A stretch of DNA of 64,000 nucleotides from Candidatus Heimdallarchaeota archaeon (lineage in GTDB: Archaea; Asgardarchaeota; Heimdallarchaeia; Heimdallarchaeales; Heimdallarchaeaceae), in the NCBI GenBank assembly GCA_019057815.1, contig JAHLWR010000002.1, forward strand, positions 160,001 to 224,000, read 5' to 3'. Below the pieces are notes generated by a model that searched no databases, was not told where the DNA came from, and saw only the letters and a program-made list of their open reading frames with translations. Every line of letters begins with the position of its first letter. The stretch's first letter is position 1. A program made the translations under genes and the position numbers. Below are positions 22,438 to 31,493 of the stretch, in pieces.

Positions 22438-23511
22438 TTACTTTTCTCTATATACGCCCATTTTACTAATATTGATAAGAAGTTCTTTATATTGTACATT
22501 CAATTTAGGGCTAGCTTTTTCTAAGAAATCAATTGACATTTTAAAAAGCTCTTCTGCCTTCTTTTTAGCATAGTCCACAGCTCCTGTTTCTTTCATTATT
22601 AGACACACTTGCTCTATTTCCTCCTGGGTTGCACTACTATTGCCTACAATCTTAGAGAGCATTTTCTTTTGTTCCTCTGTGGAATTCTCTATCGTTTTAA
22701 TTAGTAAAATAGTTTTTTTTCCTTCCTTAATATCGCTATCTACAGGCTTACCTGTTTTCGCAGGATCACCAAAAGTTCCAATAATATCATCAACTATTTG
22801 AAAAGCTATTCCTGCATTCTTTCCATAATTTCCGAGGCTTTCAATTTGAGATTCTGTTCCACCGGCAAATATTGCCCCTATTCGAGCTGATTTCTCGAAC
22901 AAAGCAGCTGTTTTTCTTTTATTCATTTCGATATATTGTTTTTCAGTTACTTCTAACTTGTTTATCATATCTGTTTCTAAAATAACGCCCTTTACGATAC
23001 TCATAAAACCTTCATTGAACTCTTTGTAGGCTTTTAACTTAGTTTCTGCGGAGAATTTGCCTTCTTGAATCGCTTTGTATGCTAGATTATATGCAAAATC
23101 TCCTCCCAATATACCCATGGATAAGCCATAATTCAAAGCATCGGTGTTTTTTGATGGATACATTTTTGTTGCATAATCTTGAAAAGTACAATGAAATGCC
23201 TTTATTCCTCGTCTTGATTCAGCTTTATCCATGATATCGTCATGAATTAAACTAGCATTATGCAAGAGCTCGAGTGAAAGAGAAACACGAAATAGATCTT
23301 TTCCCAAAATTTTTGGATTAACAGCAGCAGCAGAAACAGCCAGTAATACCGGTCGAAACCTCTTTCCTCCAGAGAATAAAAAATTTCTAATTTGTTCATA
23401 GTAGTAAGTGAAAAATTCATTGTCTCTAATCGTTAATGATTGATCATTCATAAAATCTTGAAGCGCAGAATCAATGTTAACCCTTAGATTTTCGAAAGAT
23501 TCTTTCGTCAT
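22438..23511 (-). CDS. Geranylgeranyl diphosphate synthase
   Basis: GGKRFRP, HDDIMD, KTA, FQIVDDI. Confidence 0.93.
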   Translation of the reverse strand: MTKESFENLRVNIDSALQDFMNDQSLTIRDNEFFTYYYEQIRNFLFSGGKRFRPVLLAVSAAAVNPKILGKDLFRVSLSLELLHNASLIHDDIMDKAESRRGIKAFHCTFQDYATKMYPSKNTDALNYGLSMGILGGDFAYNLAYKAIQEGKFSAETKLKAYKEFNEGFMSIVKGVILETDMINKLEVTEKQYIEMNKRKTAALFEKSARIGAIFAGGTESQIESLGNYGKNAGIAFQIVDDIIGTFGDPAKTGKPVDSDIKEGKKTILLIKTIENSTEEQKKMLSKIVGNSSATQEEIEQVCLIMKETGAVDYAKKKAEELFKMSIDFLEKASPKLNVQYKELLINISKMGVYREK

Positions 23512-23625
23512 TGAAAATTACCTCTTGGTTTCATTAGAACGAAAAAAAGCAAGTATTAATCTTTTTGCTTCTTAAGTCAAGTTTACCTAATCATAAGATA
23601 TTAGTAATCCTTTATTAGAGATTAC

Positions 23626-24261
23626 TTGAAGATGATAGATACATCAACATTTCAGACTTTATCAGAAAAGATAGAAAGAAGATTGGTTTCACTTAATGAA
23701 ACCAGAGACAATTTAATGAGATTATCCCGTGATGTTGTGAAGTATTCGGGAAGAAGTATCGAAAGTTTTCATAGAAAACAAATTAATCAAACTGAACAGA
23801 ATTTGGAAAAGGCAGAAAATAATTTAATCGAATTGACTAAAATTCTTGAAACAGAACCTTCTTTTTACCAATTAGGGTTAGTTAACGTGGCTCTACAAGA
23901 GTATACCGAAGCTAAATTGCTCCTTGATATTGTAGAAAAAGGAAAATTTTCTACTGTAGAGGAACTTAAGGTAACAGAACAAACGTATTTACTAGGCATT
24001 GCAGATTTAATAGGTGAGTTACGAAGACATACTTTGGAAAAACTTCTAGAAGGTGAAATAGGGAAAGCAAAATCTGTTTACAATATTATGAAAGAAATTT
24101 ATGGAACATTCATGCAAATTGATTATGGAAAGAATTTAGTTTCTGATTTCAGAAGAAAAAAAGATATAGCTAGAGTGTTAATTGAAAGAACGTTATCAGA
24201 TCTACTAGGGGCAATCCAAAGCGAAAAAATAAGAGTAAATATTAACAAAGACAATATCTAA
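23626..24261 (+). CDS. Translin/Trax (C3PO-like) family protein
   Basis: QEYTEA and YLLGIADLIGELRR motifs. Confidence 0.85.
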   Translation: MKMIDTSTFQTLSEKIERRLVSLNETRDNLMRLSRDVVKYSGRSIESFHRKQINQTEQNLEKAENNLIELTKILETEPSFYQLGLVNVALQEYTEAKLLLDIVEKGKFSTVEELKVTEQTYLLGIADLIGELRRHTLEKLLEGEIGKAKSVYNIMKEIYGTFMQIDYGKNLVSDFRRKKDIARVLIERTLSDLLGAIQSEKIRVNINKDNI

Positions 24262-25650
24262 CTACATAATTTGCTCAATTAAAATAATGATGATATCCAT
24301 CAGATTTGTACCAGTGTGACCAGTTAATATTTCTCCTCCTTCTAATCGAAAGAATCGATTAGAATCATGCTGTTCTAAACACCTTAAAGCTTTTTCTCTT
24401 TTCTGCAAGTTGGATAATGTAAATGGACCAACTATTGCTCCAGCAGCAGACGAAGATCCATCAATACCATCAGTACCTAATGCTATCATAAATACTGGAA
24501 CCTCTTTGTTAATAGTAAGAGCAAAAGACAAAGCTAATTCTTGATTTCTCCCTCCTTTACTACTAGATTTTGATTGAAGTGTTACAGTTGTCTCACCACC
24601 GAATAAAAAGACTAGAAACTGTTCAGAACCTTTCTTTCTATTCGAGTATTTTGTGAGTGCAAAATGTGCAAGATTTTCGCCAACTGCAGAAGCTTCCCCT
24701 TGAAGCGCATAATCAACAACTGAGGCGGTAATAGCACTGTCTAAACCGTCTTTAGTTCGCTCTAAAAGTTGTTGATTATCCCCAATCATGAAATTGTGAA
24801 CTCGAGAAAATAAAACTGAATCTGAAGGTGTATCGGGTATTGTCCCATTAATTCCTTTATTTATGACAAAAAGAATAGAATCAGGTAATGTAGGAATTAA
24901 ACCGTATTTCTGGAAAATCTGCCAACAATCATTCCAAGTTGTTTTATCAGGAACAGTTGGACCAGAAGAAATGGTGGAAATATCGTTTCCTATTACATCA
25001 GAAATTATTAAAGAAACTATAGAAGCTCTAGTATTTATACAAAATTTTCCACCCTTAGTTTTTGAGAAATGTTTACGTACTGTATTTATTTCATGTATTG
25101 GAGCACCGCAAGACAACATGGTTTCCATAAGTAAAAGATAATCATTGAAAGGAACGTTAAAATCTGGAAAATCTAGCAATGATGAACCACCTCCAGATAT
25201 CAAGAATATACACAAATCATCTTTTTTCAGTGACCGTAAAAGATTTAACACCTCTTCTGCCGCTTGAAGGCTTTTATTATCAGGTTTAGGATGTCCTGCT
25301 TTGTAAAATGAGCAAAATGACTCATTATTATATTTTCCACTACTCTCTGATGGAGAGGAGATAATAATATTCTTGAATTTTTTAGTGCTATTCTCAGTCA
25401 TCCACGCCGCCATAGGCTGTGATGCTTTGCCAAAAGCGATTAAATAGATTTCATTATATGAAGAAAAACTGAATTCTGTATCCTGAACCTTGAAGCTATT
25501 TTCGCCAAATGAGATAGAAGTTGCTAATAGCTTTGACGGTTGTGCGTTGGAAAGAATTTCATCTATTTTATCAATAAGAAAAAGAAGAATGGACTTTTCA
25601 TTAGCATTACGCGCTAGTGAAAATATAGCATCACGGTTCTTAATGAACAT
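24262..25650 (-). CDS. Glycerate 2-kinase (MOFRL/DUF4147)
   Basis: GKAS, SGGGSSL, GGETTV, GGRNQE, GTDGIDG, TGTNLMD. Confidence 0.92.
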   Translation of the reverse strand: MFIKNRDAIFSLARNANEKSILLFLIDKIDEILSNAQPSKLLATSISFGENSFKVQDTEFSFSSYNEIYLIAFGKASQPMAAWMTENSTKKFKNIIISSPSESSGKYNNESFCSFYKAGHPKPDNKSLQAAEEVLNLLRSLKKDDLCIFLISGGGSSLLDFPDFNVPFNDYLLLMETMLSCGAPIHEINTVRKHFSKTKGGKFCINTRASIVSLIISDVIGNDISTISSGPTVPDKTTWNDCWQIFQKYGLIPTLPDSILFVINKGINGTIPDTPSDSVLFSRVHNFMIGDNQQLLERTKDGLDSAITASVVDYALQGEASAVGENLAHFALTKYSNRKKGSEQFLVFLFGGETTVTLQSKSSSKGGRNQELALSFALTINKEVPVFMIALGTDGIDGSSSAAGAIVGPFTLSNLQKREKALRCLEQHDSNRFFRLEGGEILTGHTGTNLMDIIIILIEQIM

Positions 25651-25718
25651 ATCAATGAGTAATACTTTCTCAGATTTTAAGCTATTGTTTGGATAAGAAT
25701 ATTACAAGTAAAGGAGCT

Positions 25719-26363
25719 TTAGCTATTTTTAAAGTTATAATTTATAATAGTTTGAACAATCTTTGAAGTTGACTTGCCTGGAATGTATTGCTTCATTCTT
25801 ATGATTTTAATATGACCAAAACCTCTTTCAGAAAGCTGTTTGTGAAGACTTTTTTCCTCAAATACTTGATCGTAACCTAGTGTTATAATATCCGGTTGTA
25901 TGAAATCTATGGTTGAGATGAAGTCTTCTTCAGTTCCTACCAAAGCACAATCAACTTCCTTAATATGTTGAACAACTTTAGTTCGTTCATCTTGAGAATT
26001 TGTAGGAGTACGACTTTTTAATTTCTGAACATTCTTATCTGTTGCTAAAACCACAACAAGGATGTCTCCTAAGAGTTTTGCCTGTTGAAAAGTAAAAATG
26101 TGTCCAATATGTAACAAATCAAAAACCCCCGATGTCATCACCACTGTTACTAATTTTCGTCCAAAAGGTGATAAAGAATAAATCTCATTTGAATTAAGCT
26201 TTAAAGTATCTTCTGTGACAAGAGAGGAGAGGACAGGTTTAAGATATGATGGTTTTAATTCTAATTGTCTTGAAATTGTTAGCAAAGAAGATTCAATATT
26301 ATTAATTTTATTAGAAAAAACTAACTTAATGACAGTTTTCTCGATTGATTTATCCATTTTCAT
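25719..26363 (-). CDS. ribL: FAD synthase RibL with N-terminal wHTH-like extension
   Basis: GVFDLLHIGH, PDIITLGYDQ, STSKI; adjacent to ribK. Confidence 0.85.
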   Translation of the reverse strand: MKMDKSIEKTVIKLVFSNKINNIESSLLTISRQLELKPSYLKPVLSSLVTEDTLKLNSNEIYSLSPFGRKLVTVVMTSGVFDLLHIGHIFTFQQAKLLGDILVVVLATDKNVQKLKSRTPTNSQDERTKVVQHIKEVDCALVGTEEDFISTIDFIQPDIITLGYDQVFEEKSLHKQLSERGFGHIKIIRMKQYIPGKSTSKIVQTIINYNFKNS

Positions 26364-26364
26364 C

Positions 26365-27063
26365 TTACTCTTTGCTTTGTTTCAAAGAATATTCAATTTC
26401 GATTTCATCACCATCTTCAAGGGTTAAAGCTTCTCTTAAATACACATCACTAATTAGTTCAAGAATGTTTTCCCCATAATGTGTACGACGTGGTATGATA
26501 ATCGCTACTTTTGCCTTTAGTTTAGGAAGTTGTGCAGGGTAGCATAGAACATCTCCAAAGCGTCTTTCTTTCTCCTCAAAACCAGGAATAACAACAGGCC
26601 AAGAACCTTTAATCACGTCAAGAAAATCTTCATCTTCAGAACGAATTCTAATATTTAAAGTCCCAGGAAAAGGTCGATAACCAAGTTTAGATTGAAAAGA
26701 ATCCATATAAGGAGGACGCGAGATGTAATAACCTCCCTCTCTCAAACCTGAAAAAATTTTACCTTTAAGAATAATAAAATTATGTTCAGGGTGGAGAGCT
26801 CTTTCTAATTCGTATCTCAACTTGTGAAGTAGTGAAAGACTAAGATTCGTTAAACGAACTTTTGACCCCTTTGGGTCTGAAGCCCAAATGATTAAACCTT
26901 CTTCATGAGCTTGAATAAGGCACCGCGACGCGCTTTGTTGAGAAATACCAAAATACTCAGCTATTTTGGAAGTTGTAAGTTCAACTTCCCGATCTATAGT
27001 ACATCGCTGAGCTAAATAAATCAGAAGACCTATATCACGACTGGAACGCTGAAAGATATTCAT
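26365..27063 (-). CDS. ribK: CTP-dependent riboflavin kinase with wHTH (RbkR-type)
   Basis: ISQQSASR HTH; SGLREGGYY, PFPGTLN, PRRTHY, LRE. Confidence 0.93.
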   Translation of the reverse strand: MNIFQRSSRDIGLLIYLAQRCTIDREVELTTSKIAEYFGISQQSASRCLIQAHEEGLIIWASDPKGSKVRLTNLSLSLLHKLRYELERALHPEHNFIILKGKIFSGLREGGYYISRPPYMDSFQSKLGYRPFPGTLNIRIRSEDEDFLDVIKGSWPVVIPGFEEKERRFGDVLCYPAQLPKLKAKVAIIIPRRTHYGENILELISDVYLREALTLEDGDEIEIEYSLKQSKE

Positions 27064-27105
27064 TCCAACACCACTACAATAAGATACAATTAAATCAACA
27101 AATAA

Positions 27106-27119
27106 GAGTAGTGTTACTC
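27106..27119. promoter_or_regulatory. Putative operator palindrome upstream of ribK
   Basis: GAGTA-GTGT-TACTC immediately downstream of minus-strand TATA (27121-27129). Confidence 0.4.
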
Positions 27120-27226
27120 ATAATAAAAATTGTTGCATATGTAAGAAAAAAAGCAGTAAAAAAGTAGAATTGAAACATTTTAAGTAACTTTTTTGTAAAT
27201 ATAGTAAACCATTTTATTAGTTAACC

Positions 27227-27242
27227 AACGAAAATTTTATTA
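27227..27242 (+). promoter_or_regulatory. BRE/TATA promoter of tRNA-Lys(TTT)
   Basis: AACGAAAATTTTATTA. Confidence 0.6.
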
Positions 27243-27288
27243 GACTTTGAAGAAAAATGAAGATAACACGATAAATCATGAATTTTTT

Positions 27289-27365
27289 GGGCTAGTAGCT
27301 CAGCTAGGCAGAGCAGCAGGCTTTTAACCTGATGGCCGCCGGTTCAAATCCGGCTTAGCCCGCCA
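27289..27365 (+). tRNA. tRNA-Lys(TTT), CCA encoded
   Basis: GGGCTAG/TTAGCCC acceptor, anticodon loop CT-TTT-AA, T-arm GCCGG-TTCAAAT-CCGGC. Confidence 0.96.
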
Positions 27366-27474
27366 AAACACTCTTTTAATGGATTTGTTCGATGGAAAAT
27401 TAGTTAATTTATTCTATGATAACATATTCTTTTTATGTTGTTTAAATTCCGTTAAACTAAACAAGGTGCATGAA

Positions 27475-29373
27475 TTGAGATTTTTTCAGCCTATTTCACA
27501 ATATGGATTTGCGAGAACATTAGTTGAAACACGCACCCAATTCCCATTATCACCAGGGATTATTTCAATAGAGGATACCATTCTATCCAGTGGTTATTCA
27601 GCTTCTTTCAAATTACCATTTCCACCCGATTTTAGTAATAAAAAAGAAAAAGAAATCTATCTCTCTTGGAATATTCCAGAAAAGCTGAAATCGAAAGCAC
27701 TTTCAAACGACTTTGTTTTATCTATTCAACCATTTTATCCCTCATCAATAGACAAATCAATTTCTGAAGATGATCTGATATCATATATTAACTCTTTTCT
27801 TGACTTACCATCAAAATATAAACAAATATTCACACTTCCTTATACGTTCATAGATCATCCCATCATTGAACAGATTTTAGACACAGAGTGTTCACTTGTA
27901 ATATTATCCGGTTTCCAAAATCTTTTCAACAATCAACGTAGGCTAGCTGAAACGTTTATATCTCTTAGAGAAAATCTCTCACCAGATATCGCTCTCTATA
28001 TTCCAGGTCCTGTATCTCCCTCTCATTATTCATTCCTTATATATTCTGGTATTGATTTCTTTGACAATTCGATTGCTTATTATATTTCACAAAATGGTAA
28101 ATTTCTATTGAATGATGGCACATATAAATTAACATCACACCCTAATTGTTATTGCCCACATTGTTTCAACTCTCCACCAGATGTTTTCAAACATAATGAA
28201 CTTATTCTTAAGAATTCCATGTCTAGAATTCAGTTCGCTCTTGGGAATGGAACACTCAGAAATCTAGTAGAAAAAGACGTTCACAATTCTGTTACTTTAG
28301 CTGCTACTCTACGATATTATGATAAAAAATACTCTATTTCTTTCCAAAAAAGAATACCATTAGCATCTAAATCTAAAGTTGAATGTATAGGAGAAGAATC
28401 TCTTTTTCGACCGGAAGTTATGGAATACAGGAAGAGGATAGAAACACGCTTTAAACCCGTTCCCTCCTCTAAACTGATTTTATTACTCCCTTGTTCAGCT
28501 AGGAAACCATATTCTCTCTCAAAATCTCATATGGTTTTCAATAGATCTGTTAGTAGAGGTGGTAAAGGAATATTTTCTATTCTCTCTGAATTAATATTGA
28601 CGTCTCCTCTTTCACTCGTCCCCAGAGAATTAGAACAAACTTTTCCAGCAAAGAATTATGATATCCCCGTAACAGGAGAGTGGTCCACCGAGGAAATCGA
28701 TGTTACAGCTAAACTTCTGGAAAAAGTTTTAGCAAAATATCCAGAAGATGCAATTATTATCAACCATACATGTGGTAAGAGTTATTCAGAAATTGTCAAA
28801 AAGGCAACTTTATCACATAATTACGAAGTCTATAATACATCACTAGAATCCCCCCCCACAAGCTATAAATCACTGGAAAACCTATCAAAAATCTTACACA
28901 AAATAAGATCTGAAACTAGATTTGATGAAATAAATAAATTATCACATTACGCAAGACGTTTTCAAGCTATAGCAGATTACCAATATGGCCCAGGGACAGG
29001 AAAAATACTCTTCCCTTCAGGTATAAAAGTAAAAGGAAAATATCCAAGAAATTTGAATGTATTCTACGATAAGAAACAAGTAGCAACTTTTCGTACAGCT
29101 GAAGGATTACTCTCTATTTCGCCAGAACATGCACAATTAATTGTTGAGCATTCTCTTGTAAAATTAGAATTTGGTGCGGAGAAAATAGTGGGAAGCAGTA
29201 TTTTTGCTCCAGGAGTATTAAAAGCAGATAATACTATTTTACCCAAAGACGAGGTTCTGATAATTCATGCAGGTGAAGTTATAGGAACAGCTATTTCACT
29301 AGTTTCAGGAGTAGATATGAATAAAATGAGTTCAGGAAGTGTTGCAAAAGTAAAGAAGAAAAGGAAGGTATGA
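27475..29373 (+). CDS. arcS: Archaeosine synthase subunit alpha (ArcS)
   Basis: TGT-like barrel, LPCSARKPYSLSKSH motif, ADYQYG, C-terminal PUA; TTG start after AAGGTG (ORF track starts at 27379). Confidence 0.9.
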   Translation: MRFFQPISQYGFARTLVETRTQFPLSPGIISIEDTILSSGYSASFKLPFPPDFSNKKEKEIYLSWNIPEKLKSKALSNDFVLSIQPFYPSSIDKSISEDDLISYINSFLDLPSKYKQIFTLPYTFIDHPIIEQILDTECSLVILSGFQNLFNNQRRLAETFISLRENLSPDIALYIPGPVSPSHYSFLIYSGIDFFDNSIAYYISQNGKFLLNDGTYKLTSHPNCYCPHCFNSPPDVFKHNELILKNSMSRIQFALGNGTLRNLVEKDVHNSVTLAATLRYYDKKYSISFQKRIPLASKSKVECIGEESLFRPEVMEYRKRIETRFKPVPSSKLILLLPCSARKPYSLSKSHMVFNRSVSRGGKGIFSILSELILTSPLSLVPRELEQTFPAKNYDIPVTGEWSTEEIDVTAKLLEKVLAKYPEDAIIINHTCGKSYSEIVKKATLSHNYEVYNTSLESPPTSYKSLENLSKILHKIRSETRFDEINKLSHYARRFQAIADYQYGPGTGKILFPSGIKVKGKYPRNLNVFYDKKQVATFRTAEGLLSISPEHAQLIVEHSLVKLEFGAEKIVGSSIFAPGVLKADNTILPKDEVLIIHAGEVIGTAISLVSGVDMNKMSSGSVAKVKKKRKV

Positions 29374-29377
29374 TAAG

Positions 29378-30439
29378 TTGAAATTCAACCCTAAATTCGC
29401 AAAACTAATAAAATCAACACGAGAATCATTTTTAGCAAAACGTTCTCATACTAGAAAACTCATTTACTGGGAAGAAAACCACCGCCTTCGTGATGGCCCA
29501 GGAAAAGCCCTTGTTTTTATAATCCCCACCCGAGGTTGTTCTTGGGCTATGTCCAAAAGTGGAGGGTGCTCAATATGTGGATATTTATATGATAATCCTG
29601 AACAACCAGATTTTGAAAAAATTGTTGAGAGCTTTGATAAAATTATAAGAGAATGTATCCAAAATAATCAAATTCATTCAATCAAACTTTTTACCAGTGG
29701 AAGTATATTGGACTCAAAGGAAATGCCAAGAAATGTTCTCAAAGCAATTCTTTCCACTCTTAAAAAATATAATGAAATAGAAGAAGTTGTATTAGAATCC
29801 CGCCCAGAGTACATAACAGACCAAGTTCTAGAGCAAATAGATTCTAACATCGATATTTCAAAAATCGAAATCGCAATAGGGCTCGAAAGTGCTAATAATA
29901 AAATCTTAAAAGATTCAATAAATAAAGGTTTTTTGTGGGAGGATTTTGAGAGAGTTGTACCAAGAATTTTGGATAATGGTGCAAAAGTAAAAGCTTATCT
30001 TCTATTCAAACCTCCATTTATTTCAGAATATGATTCAATTGTGGACATTATGGAGTCTGTGGAAAAATGTGTTCAGTTGGATATTGATACAGTTTCAATA
30101 AATTCAATAAGTATCCACAGAGGGACTTTCTTATCGGAACTATTTGATAGGAGAGTGTATAGAACACCTTGGCTCAGATCTCTGACTTATTTGTGCAAAA
30201 AAATAAAATTGGAATTTCCTAGTTTACGTGTAATATGTGACCCTGTTTCAGGAGGTAACGAAAGAGGAGCGCACAATTGTGGAGACTGTGATAAGTCATT
30301 TATTGATGCTCTAAAAGAATTTACTTTGACACAGGATATAGCTGTCTTTAACAAAATTCAGAATTGTAGTTGCAAAAGTGATTGGAAAAGCTATCTCATT
30401 CACGAGAAAATTAGTAACAAAGAAGTGGTTTTACCTTAG
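29378..30439 (+). CDS. raSEA: Archaeosine biosynthesis radical SAM protein RaSEA
   Basis: TRGCSWA..GGCSICGY, KLFTSGS, ESRPE, RGAHNCG; follows arcS. Confidence 0.9.
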   Translation: MKFNPKFAKLIKSTRESFLAKRSHTRKLIYWEENHRLRDGPGKALVFIIPTRGCSWAMSKSGGCSICGYLYDNPEQPDFEKIVESFDKIIRECIQNNQIHSIKLFTSGSILDSKEMPRNVLKAILSTLKKYNEIEEVVLESRPEYITDQVLEQIDSNIDISKIEIAIGLESANNKILKDSINKGFLWEDFERVVPRILDNGAKVKAYLLFKPPFISEYDSIVDIMESVEKCVQLDIDTVSINSISIHRGTFLSELFDRRVYRTPWLRSLTYLCKKIKLEFPSLRVICDPVSGGNERGAHNCGDCDKSFIDALKEFTLTQDIAVFNKIQNCSCKSDWKSYLIHEKISNKEVVLP

Positions 30440-30449
30440 GTTAATGAAG

Positions 30450-31415
30450 CTAGATTGAATTATGTATTGCTTGATTTATTCTACTGGAAATTCTACTCAG
30501 TATGGGACCTAGAAGAACCAAATTAACCTCTTTTTTTGCTATAATGTAGAGAAAGTGGTCAGCATCCATAGGTGTAAAAGTTAACTTATAATTTTCAGCT
30601 ATTTCTAGAACATTTTCAAGATTTTCATCTTTCATTATCGCTATAATATCCTCTAAATATTTTCGTATAACCTTCATGGTTCCATCAACATAGTGTTCTG
30701 TCAATTCACCATCATGAAAATAGACTTTTGCATTTGTATTATCATGCTCAACAATAATTAAATGAGAGATTCCTTTGAAACTATGTCGAAGTGAGTATGT
30801 AAGGTTGGTCAACACTTCCTTCTGCCCTTTACCAGCAGATTTTTCTTTCAGTGGAAGAATTTCTTCCTTTGGGGAGATAAGCAATTCCTCTTCTGAAGAA
30901 GAGGATTCTTTTTTTGTGTCTGCTACAACCTCTTGACGTTTTTGTTTTAACTTATCCTGCTCTGCTTTAACATCTTTAAAAAGATCATCTACAACTTTTT
31001 CGAAAGCAGATGAAGCACCTGAAAAGACTTCAGACTGATTATGAGAGTAGAATTTTAATCTAGACTTTTCTTCAAAAAACTCTACTATTGCTTTAAGAAG
31101 AGTTCTTGCTTTCTTTATATCACTAATTCTGTGATTAAGAACAAATACAATATCAAGGTATTTATTAAATGTTATACTCGAACGCGAGAGAACAATTGTA
31201 CCATGGTTAGAAATTTTGGTTTCTTCAGCAAATGAACAAATAGCTTTAACTACATTTTTTAAGATCAGTTGGGGACAAAATTCATTGTTAAATACTCGCT
31301 CCTTTAATATTTCTCCATCACTATTGCCCAAAAAGAATCCATATATCGATGCAGCATTTGATAAAAGTATGTTCTTAATATCAGTCGTAATTATCCCCTT
31401 TAAAATTACTAACAC
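30450..31415 (-). CDS. Longin-like domain plus roadblock/profilin-like domain protein
   Basis: N-domain FFLGNSDGEIL...AICSFAEE; charged linker; C-domain GISHLIIV...FLYIIAKKEVNLVLL. Confidence 0.55.
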   Translation of the reverse strand: MLVILKGIITTDIKNILLSNAASIYGFFLGNSDGEILKERVFNNEFCPQLILKNVVKAICSFAEETKISNHGTIVLSRSSITFNKYLDIVFVLNHRISDIKKARTLLKAIVEFFEEKSRLKFYSHNQSEVFSGASSAFEKVVDDLFKDVKAEQDKLKQKRQEVVADTKKESSSSEEELLISPKEEILPLKEKSAGKGQKEVLTNLTYSLRHSFKGISHLIIVEHDNTNAKVYFHDGELTEHYVDGTMKVIRKYLEDIIAIMKDENLENVLEIAENYKLTFTPMDADHFLYIIAKKEVNLVLLGPILSRISSRINQAIHNSI

Positions 31416-31493
31416 TCTAGAATATCTTTTTTTTGGTTATAACAATATTCGAATTAACTTTGCTATGAAGAATTAAACAAAACAACTTTAAAC

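Noticed and set aside
11410-27355. Shared CGCCGGTTCAAATCCGGC as attL/attR of an integrated element
   Set aside because: Both copies are T-arms of complete tRNA-Lys genes, the intervening genes are housekeeping, and no integrase is present
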